A DNA stretch of 64,000 nucleotides from a virus. Location: positions 1,532 to 65,531 of IMG/VR virus record IMGVR_UViG_3300045988_097954, one strand, 5' to 3'. Both the position numbers and the translations under genes were made by a program. The notes below the pieces were generated by a model. It ran no database searches, was not told the DNA's origin, and worked only from the letters and a program-made list of their open reading frames with translations. How positions within the stretch are numbered: position 1 is the first letter of the stretch; the number at the start of each line of letters is the position of its first letter. This document shows, piece by piece, positions 37,296 through 45,024 of the stretch.

Positions 37296-38050
37296 AAGAT
37301 TTTGAGATTATCAAAGATTTGGTTTCTACAGAAGAATATTACCAATATTTAGACCATATGATTTTTCATTATTCAACAATGGAAGTTTCATTAGAACAAG
37401 CATTAGAATTAAAATCATATGTAGATGAATTGGTTGATACATTAGAAGAAAACAAAGGTAATAACACATCTGCTGAACTTGATAAATACTTAGAGCGGTC
37501 TTATCGTGAATTTTTCAAAGAACAAGAAGAGTCGATGGTTGATGACGTAGAAGAGCCTACACAGGATACATCTGATGTAGAATTTAAAGTTGGTGACCGT
37601 GTTGTAGTACGCCCTGATAACAGGATTGTTGACAAACAATATTGGGGAACAGTTATCTTGGTACACAAAGATTTACATGGTGATTACAACTATTTAGTAG
37701 AATTAGACAATAAAAAACTTGGATGGATAGCAACTGTTGGACTAGAGGGCATCGCCTGTGACAATGCATGGTGGGCAGACCCAGAAACTATGGTTCATAT
37801 GAAAGATTATCTAAAGAAAGATGTTTGGTATGATTGCCATAATTTTACACCAGAGCAGCTCAAAGAAGTGTTGCATATTGGAACAACAATTGACGTTGTT
37901 GTATTGGACGATAGTGAAATTACAAAAGATGATTTAGTTGGTGAATTTTCTTGTGTGTCTCGTGTAGAAGATATTATCACACAGGATGGACAAACCGTAA
38001 TCGAGGTTAATCGTGGTAATTGCTATCGTAGATATTTCAAACTAGCATAG
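37292..38050 (+). CDS. hypothetical acidic protein
   Basis: ATGA-coupled start after CAGGAGG; contains an SH3-like VGDRVVV segment. Confidence 0.55.
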   Translation: MKDFEIIKDLVSTEEYYQYLDHMIFHYSTMEVSLEQALELKSYVDELVDTLEENKGNNTSAELDKYLERSYREFFKEQEESMVDDVEEPTQDTSDVEFKVGDRVVVRPDNRIVDKQYWGTVILVHKDLHGDYNYLVELDNKKLGWIATVGLEGIACDNAWWADPETMVHMKDYLKKDVWYDCHNFTPEQLKEVLHIGTTIDVVVLDDSEITKDDLVGEFSCVSRVEDIITQDGQTVIEVNRGNCYRRYFKLA

Positions 38051-38072
38051 TATTACATCAGGAGGGCAAATT

Positions 38073-38990
38073 ATGAAATACAGAAACGGTAATGCCGTTG
38101 TTACACTTGATTTAAGAGATGGAACACGTGTGATTGAATACCCAGATAACGAACGTTTAACTTTGGAGACACCACTCAATATTGACGTTCGAGTATCCAC
38201 ACGTTGTCCATACGGCTACGATAGCACAACACAACATTCTACTTGTGGATTCTGCCATGAGTCTGCACTTGTAAATGGACATGAGTGTGATTATAATGCT
38301 TTGACTCAGGTTTTTACAGATGCCAGATTACCACGTGGTACGGAAATTGCCTTGGGTGTCAATGAAGTAACGGACTCCTTAGTATATTTTGTCAAATATT
38401 TATATTTTTTGGGTCTAGTTGTCAACATTACAATGAACGAGCGTTATATTAACGAATATGGCGATACAGGGCTATTAAGATTAAAGCCGTATATCTTTGG
38501 TCTTGGGATTTCTTATCGCTCCTTACAGGGGTGTTTATCGCTACCAGATTGGATTGCAGAATATCCACATACGGTTATCCATGTGATTAATGGCATTGAT
38601 GATTTTACAGATGTCATGGAGCTTGGGGTGAAGTACCGTAAGTTATTAGTCTTGGGTGAAAAAGACTTTGGATTCAACCGTGGTAAAGTCGATTTGTCTA
38701 CTAAAGAACATCAACAATGGAAAACCAATATTATGCAATTGACACAAATCTTTGATGTTGTGTCTTTCGACAACTTAGGGTTGCAACAATTGGACATCCG
38801 TGGTAAAATATCCATACAGGAATACAATGAATTTTACCAAGGTGAACATTCTATGTATATCAATGCGGTAGAACAATATTTTGCACCATCTAGTCGGACA
38901 CGCAATAATATTAAATACTTTAGCGAAACCGCAATTAAACCGTATTTCCAATATTGCGAACAACAGGGGGTATCTCATGAGACTTATTAG
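38073..38990 (+). CDS. hypothetical enzyme with Cys cluster C-x12-C-x2-C (possibly radical-SAM-like)
   Basis: VSTRCPYGYDSTTQHSTCGFCHE near the N-terminus, then alternating beta/alpha-like segments. The assignment is tentative. Confidence 0.3.
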   Translation: MKYRNGNAVVTLDLRDGTRVIEYPDNERLTLETPLNIDVRVSTRCPYGYDSTTQHSTCGFCHESALVNGHECDYNALTQVFTDARLPRGTEIALGVNEVTDSLVYFVKYLYFLGLVVNITMNERYINEYGDTGLLRLKPYIFGLGISYRSLQGCLSLPDWIAEYPHTVIHVINGIDDFTDVMELGVKYRKLLVLGEKDFGFNRGKVDLSTKEHQQWKTNIMQLTQIFDVVSFDNLGLQQLDIRGKISIQEYNEFYQGEHSMYINAVEQYFAPSSRTRNNIKYFSETAIKPYFQYCEQQGVSHETY

Positions 38991-39471
38991 ACATAGTGTT
39001 TTCGAAACAAACAGCTCTTCTTGTCATTCAATGGCATATGTCGCAAGATTACAATTAAATGTACCACAGGAGACACAAACGATTACTCAGCAATTTGGTA
39101 CTCTTGGTTTTACTCCAATGTTTAATGACCAATCTTGGGAAGTGCATTTTAAGAACTATATGTGGAAAGAACAAAAGTTATCATCACCACAAGACAAATT
39201 ATGGTTTTTATTAATGGAAGTCTATAGTGAGTCTTTGCTTGATGAAGTGTTTGCTGATGAGTTCTATCTACATGTAAAACAATGGCTACAAGACATCGGC
39301 ATTTATCTGGAAGAAATTGGATATGATGAAAATGACTACATAGAAAATATACCAACCAACGGAATAGTAAAACAAGAGATGTTTAAAACACCACAAGATT
39401 TATATAAATACTTGTTTGATAATAATCTTATAATTGACATTCGTCAATATGAGGTCGAAGCTGAGTATTAA
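38977..39471 (+). CDS. FETNSSS-motif family protein, paralog 1 (divergent)
   Basis: MRLIRHSVFETNSSSCHSMAY.. Start 38977 follows CAGGGGG. Shares N-terminal, KQWLQDIGI and DLYKYLFDNN motifs with 39802 and 40865. Confidence 0.6.
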   Translation: MRLIRHSVFETNSSSCHSMAYVARLQLNVPQETQTITQQFGTLGFTPMFNDQSWEVHFKNYMWKEQKLSSPQDKLWFLLMEVYSESLLDEVFADEFYLHVKQWLQDIGIYLEEIGYDENDYIENIPTNGIVKQEMFKTPQDLYKYLFDNNLIIDIRQYEVEAEY

Positions 39472-39484
39472 TGGGAGGACTAAT

Positions 39485-39802
39485 ATGCAAACATATTTAA
39501 CACAAGAGCAGCAAAGAGAGTTAAATACTTTGTTAAACGCAACTTATAGCGAAAAAGACGAGTTGTTTAGCGATTTTCTTTATAATTACCCATACTATCT
39601 AATGGAAGAAGATTCTGGGGTTGATTGGGTTGATGAGTATTATAGTGGTAAATGGATTGTTTATCAATGCATTGATGGTCGATATTTTAAGCTGACATAT
39701 ACAGAACACAACAGTATGCAAGACCGTGATAATTGGGAATTCTTTGAGGTTAGACCGTTCCCAAAAACAGTCTTTGTTTACGAACCAGTGGAGGAAAACT
39801 AA
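39485..39802 (+). CDS. small protein homologous to the N-terminal domain of 39802-40884
   Basis: GKWIVYQCIDGRYFKLTYTEH..WEFFEV aligns with VYMCSNGKYYMLECYEPH..YRFIEV. RBS GGGAGG. Confidence 0.55.
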   Translation: MQTYLTQEQQRELNTLLNATYSEKDELFSDFLYNYPYYLMEEDSGVDWVDEYYSGKWIVYQCIDGRYFKLTYTEHNSMQDRDNWEFFEVRPFPKTVFVYEPVEEN

Positions 39803-40884
39803 TGGATTCTCAAGACCAACATTCTTTAGAGTGTCTATTGGAATCATCCTTTGGTATGCGTTGTGATGTAGACATGATGCCGTCTTGCTTAGATTTAGTA
39901 AAAAGACGAGTTATTTTTGTTACTGATACTTATACTAAGGTTATGGAAGTCTATATGTGTTCTAATGGCAAATACTATATGTTAGAATGTTATGAGCCAC
40001 ACATAGGCACTCACAGAATGTTATATCGATTTATTGAAGTTGAACACAAGATGAAAATTGTTGATTATTTTTGTGCCACTACAGGAGGAAAACAAACGAA
40101 ATTAATACGCAATGGTGTATTTGAGACCAACTCTAGCTCTGCACATTCGTTGGCATACACAAATAAAGTCTTGCGTGATTATGAGTATAAAATCAATCCA
40201 TCCGAATGTTTGAAAGATAGCCGTTTTCGTCTAACAGAAATGCCAGAAGAATATCGCTCGTATGCATATATGCCGTTATACTTTGATGATTACGGCTGGA
40301 GTGGCAAATGCTTAACATCTCCTGCCCAAAAACTGAGTTATTTGATGTCGTCCGTTTACCAGTATAAAACTTGGGGAGAAATGTATAGTGACCCATTCTT
40401 TAAGCAAATTGTACAATGGTTGACTGAACTAGGTATTAATCTTGAATATGAATACCCAGGTGATGACGAAAGAATTGACGGTTATGTAGACCACCAGTCT
40501 TATGACGTTGTGTGTAAACAGATGTTTAATTCTAAAGAAGATTTACTTACGTATTTATTCAATGATGCAATTACTGTGTATATCGAAAATGATAACGATG
40601 ATTTTCAAGAATGGGTTGAAAACCCGAGTGATACAATCGGTTATCAAGAAGCAATGTATTATGTTTGTTCTCGTGGTAAATGTGCTAAACGTAAATCTTG
40701 GGATGATAATACATATATTTATTCTGACTTGGTATATTCTCATGATAACAACTATTTGGGGCAAGCCATTATAAAAGTTTGTGATAAATCTAAATGGTTA
40801 TATGCTGCAAGTACGTCTGATGTAAATGCAAATGACTGGGTTATTCTTTGGGAGGTAAACAAATATGCGATTAGTAAGAAATAA
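39802..40884 (+). CDS. three-domain fusion: small beta-rich domain, FETNSSS-motif domain, DUF2829-like C-terminus
   Basis: IRNGVFETNSSSAHSLAY.., DGYVDHQS, KEDLLTYLFNDAITVYIENDNDDFQEW. The C-terminus has GYQEAMYYV..KRKSW..ANDWVIL. Confidence 0.6.
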   Translation: MDSQDQHSLECLLESSFGMRCDVDMMPSCLDLVKRRVIFVTDTYTKVMEVYMCSNGKYYMLECYEPHIGTHRMLYRFIEVEHKMKIVDYFCATTGGKQTKLIRNGVFETNSSSAHSLAYTNKVLRDYEYKINPSECLKDSRFRLTEMPEEYRSYAYMPLYFDDYGWSGKCLTSPAQKLSYLMSSVYQYKTWGEMYSDPFFKQIVQWLTELGINLEYEYPGDDERIDGYVDHQSYDVVCKQMFNSKEDLLTYLFNDAITVYIENDNDDFQEWVENPSDTIGYQEAMYYVCSRGKCAKRKSWDDNTYIYSDLVYSHDNNYLGQAIIKVCDKSKWLYAASTSDVNANDWVILWEVNKYAISKK

Positions 40885-41401
40885 TCTGTTTGAAACCAAT
40901 AGTTCCTCGGCTCATTCTTTGGCTTTTGGCACATCTAAAATCATTCGTGGTGCTGGATGGGGCATACCAGAAGATGAAACCGACTTCAGTAATCCATTGT
41001 ATCACCTGTATGAAATCCCAAGTTGTTATCAAGGATATACACTGCATGAATGGCTTGGGGAATATGGCTGGGGTTATGACGTACTGTCTACACCACAAGA
41101 AAAATTCTCTTATTTAATTACAGGTATTTGGCAACGGAATGGTGGCTTCTCGTTAGAGAAGAGCATGTTTTATACCGAAATTAAACATTGGTTGACAGAG
41201 TTGGGTATTCCAGTGATTGAATCATCCGCAGATGAAGAAGGTTATATCGACCACGAAAGTACGCACTTAGTAAATCCATCGTTGTTTAAAACCAAAGAAG
41301 ACTTGATTACATACTTGTTCAATGATAATATTGTGATTTACATTGAGAACGACAACGATGAATATCAAGAGTGGTACACAGGTGAAAGGTCAGAAGATTA
41401 A
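40865..41401 (+). CDS. FETNSSS-motif family protein, paralog 3
   Basis: VRNNLFETNSSSAHSLAF.., EGYIDHES, KEDLITYLFNDNIVIYIENDNDEYQEW. Confidence 0.6.
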   Translation: MRLVRNNLFETNSSSAHSLAFGTSKIIRGAGWGIPEDETDFSNPLYHLYEIPSCYQGYTLHEWLGEYGWGYDVLSTPQEKFSYLITGIWQRNGGFSLEKSMFYTEIKHWLTELGIPVIESSADEEGYIDHESTHLVNPSLFKTKEDLITYLFNDNIVIYIENDNDEYQEWYTGERSED

Positions 41402-41841
41402 TGAGAGATGTATATATTGTCTATTCTTGCAGTGGCGAATGGGAAGACTATATAGAATCTATTGTGTATCTAGTGTATCACAAACATTATGCAGAGATAC
41501 TATTGAAACAGCTACAAGAAGAAGACAAGCGGTTAGAACAAGAATATAGACAGGTTTACAAACAATTGGAATCATTCGAGGACGATGACTTAGGAGACCT
41601 TTGGTTAGATAGGGTAGAAGATATATATTTTGAAGACTTTTTAAATGAGCCTGAGCAGTACCCAAATGTCTTATCTCAGTTTACAATCCCTGAGCAAAAA
41701 CGTTTGCTTGAATATGCACAGTTATATAAACGATGGGAACAACTCGGTGGATATATGTATGATGGCACAAATTATTTTATTCGTCAGTATGCCATGAGCG
41801 ATGACGGTCGTATGACATATATCAACAGTAATTGGGGGTAA
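41401..41841 (+). CDS. hypothetical protein
   Basis: TAATG-coupled; 146 aa. Confidence 0.55.
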   Translation: MRDVYIVYSCSGEWEDYIESIVYLVYHKHYAEILLKQLQEEDKRLEQEYRQVYKQLESFEDDDLGDLWLDRVEDIYFEDFLNEPEQYPNVLSQFTIPEQKRLLEYAQLYKRWEQLGGYMYDGTNYFIRQYAMSDDGRMTYINSNWG

Positions 41842-41844
41842 CGT

Positions 41845-42066
41845 ATGACATATGCAGAAGTAACAAAAGATATTTACGCAGGTCTCATTGTAAAGCGAAA
41901 ATCTTGGAATAATATTCGTGTTCAATACATGGATTTATTCGATGGGTTTGATAGTTTTGTAGATTTTGCCATGGTATTATATGATGAAATAACAAGAGAA
42001 TACATTGGTATTTATACACCAGAACCACGAGATGAATTTGCCAACGATTGGGTGATTGTTAAATGA
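41845..42066 (+). CDS. DUF2829-like small protein
   Basis: MTYAEVTKDIYAGLIVKRKSWNN ... ANDWVIVK, the hallmark N- and C-terminal pattern of DUF2829. Confidence 0.5.
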   Translation: MTYAEVTKDIYAGLIVKRKSWNNIRVQYMDLFDGFDSFVDFAMVLYDEITREYIGIYTPEPRDEFANDWVIVK

Positions 42067-42386
42067 GATTAGAACACAAGATTGATAATATATTGGGTAG
42101 AAATTATGCGTTTCTTATTGTAGATAACCCTGTATCTGTAGATACTTTAGATTTGATACAATGGATACACAATAGTATTCACAGAGATATATCATATAGA
42201 CAAATTCTTGGCATATTACATATGATTGACTTGTATGAACGGACAGGTGACAAAAACATTCCTGTGTCCGCCGAGTCTCATATTGGTAGAACTGTAGCAA
42301 AATACTTTTTGCCACACAAGATGTCATATGTGTTATCTGGTGAACTACAGTTTAAACCGTTGAATATGCCACAGGAGGATGAATAA
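42063..42386 (+). CDS. hypothetical protein
   Basis: ATGA-coupled. Confidence 0.5.
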   Translation: MRLEHKIDNILGRNYAFLIVDNPVSVDTLDLIQWIHNSIHRDISYRQILGILHMIDLYERTGDKNIPVSAESHIGRTVAKYFLPHKMSYVLSGELQFKPLNMPQEDE

Positions 42387-42655
42387 TGAATTTTATTGAT
42401 AATTGTCTAAATGCTGTATGGCTGACTTTAAGTGTCGAAGATAATCAAGCCGATGAAGTTTATGAATCTTTAAAGATTGTATGGTTCTCAAAGACACTAC
42501 AAAATCATAAAGCCTTAGTTATGTCTACTTCTGGCTATTTTAATGAAACATATTGGGAAGTAACATACAATGGCGACAAAGACGAGTATTATGTTGATGA
42601 GTACATTAAAACCTCTAATGAAGTAATATCTGGTGATGATATTGAAACAATGTAA
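42386..42655 (+). CDS. hypothetical protein
   Basis: RBS CAGGAGG. Confidence 0.55.
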   Translation: MNFIDNCLNAVWLTLSVEDNQADEVYESLKIVWFSKTLQNHKALVMSTSGYFNETYWEVTYNGDKDEYYVDEYIKTSNEVISGDDIETM

Positions 42656-43799
42656 AGATTATAACGATTTATTAATAAATGGATATGACATCTCTACACT
42701 TGAAACTGAACCCTTAGATATTACATGCTTAAATGTTTTACTGGAAGAGTACCCAAGACAAGAAGACCAATACAAAAAGGCTGCACGCTTTTGTAAATCC
42801 GTAAACGACTCTATGGTTCTAGCAGATATTGCAACCATGCTGGCAAAACGATGGGAGCGTTCCATTGAAGAAGTCAAAAGTTATCTCAATGTGTCTGCAA
42901 CTAATGGTGAAGAACTTTGGGAAAAAGTCCATGGTTTCTCTGATTCGTTTGAAGACTTGAAATCGTTCATTGGGCAAGAAGGTGTGCCGCTTGGGTTTCC
43001 CTCTTTGGACTTGGCTTTGGGTGGTGTCAAACGCCGTGAGATTGTATTACTTGGGGCATACACCAACCAAGGTAAATCATTCTTTGCAGCCAAAGTTGCA
43101 GCACATCGCTTGATGGACTCAAGTGATAATATTTTGGTTTTCTCAATGGAGATGCCAAGGGGTCAATTCTTGGCTGAAATCATAAAAGAAATCTTGGGTG
43201 TCAACGATGATAAATTACTTGAGATGTTACAAACGGAGCATGGTGTTGAATTATATTCAAGAGTGTCATCTGTTTTAGACAAGCGTATCCGTATTGTGGA
43301 TGAACCAAACAAGGATATTGACGACTTGTTTAAAATTACCGCTGTATGTCAAGCGAATGATTTTCCTGTGGATTTTGTCGTGTTTGACCACTTCCATTTA
43401 ATCCCAGAGGTTGATGACATTCCTGTAATGACACGTAATGCCAATAAGATGAAAGAATACGTAAAGCAATTCAATTTGGTTTTATTTATGCTTTGTCAGT
43501 TCAATGAAGACTCCCAGTCCAACTTTAGCAAAGACAAAAATAAGAAACCTTATGAAGCTGTCTTGCGTAACATCAAGGGTGCAAACGCACTCAAGGCAAT
43601 CGCAGATATTGTTCTACTACTGTGGCGACCGTATAAAACGGATACACAACTTGACTTTGATGAACGTCAGAAAATCAAAAATATTTCCTGCGTTAAGATT
43701 GGGAAGTCTCGCAGACCAATCAAGGGTTATGCTGACATATTCCAACTCAAGTATAACGAGGAGACATCACATCTCGAAGAAGTAAATTTCTTTAATTAA
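42636..43799 (+). CDS. dnaB: replicative DNA helicase (DnaB/RecA-fold)
   Basis: Walker A GAYTNQGKSFF, Walker B VVFDHFHLI, later KGANALKAIADIV. Exact start uncertain (GTG 42633 or ATG 42636). Confidence 0.8.
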   Translation: MILKQCKDYNDLLINGYDISTLETEPLDITCLNVLLEEYPRQEDQYKKAARFCKSVNDSMVLADIATMLAKRWERSIEEVKSYLNVSATNGEELWEKVHGFSDSFEDLKSFIGQEGVPLGFPSLDLALGGVKRREIVLLGAYTNQGKSFFAAKVAAHRLMDSSDNILVFSMEMPRGQFLAEIIKEILGVNDDKLLEMLQTEHGVELYSRVSSVLDKRIRIVDEPNKDIDDLFKITAVCQANDFPVDFVVFDHFHLIPEVDDIPVMTRNANKMKEYVKQFNLVLFMLCQFNEDSQSNFSKDKNKKPYEAVLRNIKGANALKAIADIVLLLWRPYKTDTQLDFDERQKIKNISCVKIGKSRRPIKGYADIFQLKYNEETSHLEEVNFFN

Positions 43800-43814
43800 T
43801 TTGCAAATTTATAC

Positions 43815-43843
43815 TTGACATTTTATCACGAATGTGATATTAT
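43815..43843 (+). promoter_or_regulatory. sigma-70 type promoter of the tRNA operon
   Basis: TTGACA-17-TATTAT. Confidence 0.7.
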
Positions 43844-43926
43844 AATAATGTACCAAGGATTAGACAACTTGGTTCTAGCCCTCCTTTCTTAACATAGCCA
43901 GCGGAGTCACATCCGTTGGCACACAT

Positions 43927-43985
43927 GGGTCGTTGTTGGATACAATCAAGACACTTGAGCTTGGGTTCGATTCCCAAGAGACCCA
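43927..43985 (+). ncRNA. tRNA-like element lacking an anticodon arm (no encoded CCA)
   Basis: Acceptor GGGTCGT/GAGACCC (6 of 7 pairs), D arm TTGG-ATACAA-TCAA, 11-nt linker, canonical T arm TTGGG-TTCGATT-CCCAA. Confidence 0.3.
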
Positions 43986-44307
43986 ATAGCATAACCGCTT
44001 AGTTGATGTGCGGTGTCACAAACATCAAACAAGTTTCTGATAGCCTTGATAAAACTAACAGGGGTGTATGACCTCATAGTCATACCGTCAGATAAGACGA
44101 TAAAATCATATGTAAAATGTAGAGAACACTCTATATTTACTGCCGTCATTGTGAAGACGTTAAAACTCGCTTGAGCCTGTCAAGCTACAACAGGTACGCT
44201 ATAGCATCTACCGCCGATGAGTATAGACGTATACGAACATAAGACACGTAGATTGCAATCTTTGCGTGGTCGAAAGATACAGCAGGGACTGTATGGCGGT
44301 AGAATAT

Positions 44308-44380
44308 CGAGAGATGGTGTAACGATAGCACAGTCATAACGTCTTGACAGGTACAGGTTTAATTCCTGTTCGCTCGACCA
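44308..44380 (+). ncRNA. tRNA-like RNA with atypical anticodon loop, CCA encoded
   Basis: Acceptor CGAGAGA/TCGCTCG, D arm GTGT-AACGATA-GCAC, T arm ACAGG-TTTAATT-CCTGT, then ACCA. The anticodon stem GTCA/TGAC closes an 8-nt loop TAACGTCT, so no anticodon can be assigned. Confidence 0.4.
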
Positions 44381-44537
44381 TATGGTGCTTATATACTGCC
44401 ATTAAGGGCTGGACGCACGATGGGTGTCTAGCTGTATATACCATTCAACAGCTATACAGTAGTTTACAAGGAAAAACAGCATCCAGTATGGGTGAAGACG
44501 GGAGGTTCGATGCCTGCCATGTATAGTGGTGTTGTAT

Positions 44538-44611
44538 TCTTGGGTAGTTCAATGGTAGAGCATCTGGCTGTTAACCAGAGAGTTGCAAGTTCGAGTCTTG
44601 CCCAAGAGCCA
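44538..44611 (+). tRNA. tRNA-Asn (anticodon GTT)
   Basis: Hand-folded cloverleaf: TA, GTTC-AATGGTA-GAGC, TCTGG-CTGTTAA-CCAGA, GCAAG-TTCGAGT-CTTGC, then GCCA. The acceptor/T-stem junction is one nt short. Confidence 0.75.
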
Positions 44612-44612
44612 T

Positions 44613-44698
44613 GTCGTTGTGGTCAAGATGGATAAAGACAACAGACTGTAAATCTGTCGCTTATAGCTTCGTAGGTTTGAATCATCCCAACGGCACCA
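44613..44698 (+). tRNA. tRNA-Tyr (anticodon GTA), long variable arm
   Basis: Acceptor GTCGTTG/CAACGGC, ACAGA-CTGTAAA-TCTGT, variable arm CGCTTATAGCTTC, then ACCA. The T stem is weak (3 of 5 pairs). Confidence 0.6.
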
Positions 44699-44699
44699 T

Positions 44700-44773
44700 G
44701 TGGGCATGGTGTAATGTAAACACGTCGGTCTCCAAAACCGAAGATAGGGGTTAGATTCCTCTTGCCTATGCCA
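44700..44773 (+). tRNA. tRNA-Trp (anticodon CCA)
   Basis: Acceptor GTGGGCA/TGCCTAT, GTGT-AATGTAA-ACAC, TCGGT-CTCCAAA-ACCGA, AGGGG-TTAGATT-CCTCT, then GCCA. Confidence 0.8.
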
Positions 44774-44774
44774 T

Positions 44775-44851
44775 ATCCCCATGATGAAACTGGCAAACAT
44801 ACTGGACTTAGAATCCAGGTTTTGTAGGTTCGAGTCCTACTGGGGATACCA
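44775..44851 (+). tRNA. tRNA with anticodon TAG (Leu by anticodon) but a short variable loop
   Basis: Acceptor ATCCCCA/TGGGGAT, CTGGA-CTTAGAA-TCCAG, 5-nt variable loop, GTAGG-TTCGAGT-CCTAC, then ACCA. Confidence 0.7.
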
Positions 44852-44854
44852 CAT

Positions 44855-44928
44855 AGAGATATGGTGTAATGGTAACACAGCAGATTTTGACTCTGCAATC
44901 CTAGGTTCAACTCCTAGTATCTCTTCCA
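44855..44928 (+). tRNA. tRNA-Gln (anticodon TTG)
   Basis: Acceptor AGAGATA/TATCTCT, GTGT-AATGGTA-ACAC, GCAGA-TTTTGAC-TCTGC, CTAGG-TTCAACT-CCTAG, then TCCA. Confidence 0.85.
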
Positions 44929-45024
44929 TTAAATCCACTGTGGGTCGCAACCACGGTGGTCGGTATTAGGGGTTTGCCGATAAGGGGAGAACGGATGCAT
45001 GCTGTTTTTCTAACCCACCTACAT

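Noticed and set aside
38073-38990. Assigning the Cys-cluster protein to QueE or a 7-deazaguanine DNA modification pathway
   Set aside because: The C-x12-C-x2-C spacing is only loosely similar. No queC, queD, folE or dpdA-like genes are recognisable in the window.
44431-44525. Possible extra tRNA around the GGTTCGATGCC T-loop-like sequence at 44497-44513
   Set aside because: The T stem has an internal G.G mismatch. The best acceptor pairing is 5 of 7, and no D arm or anticodon arm can be drawn. Left unannotated.
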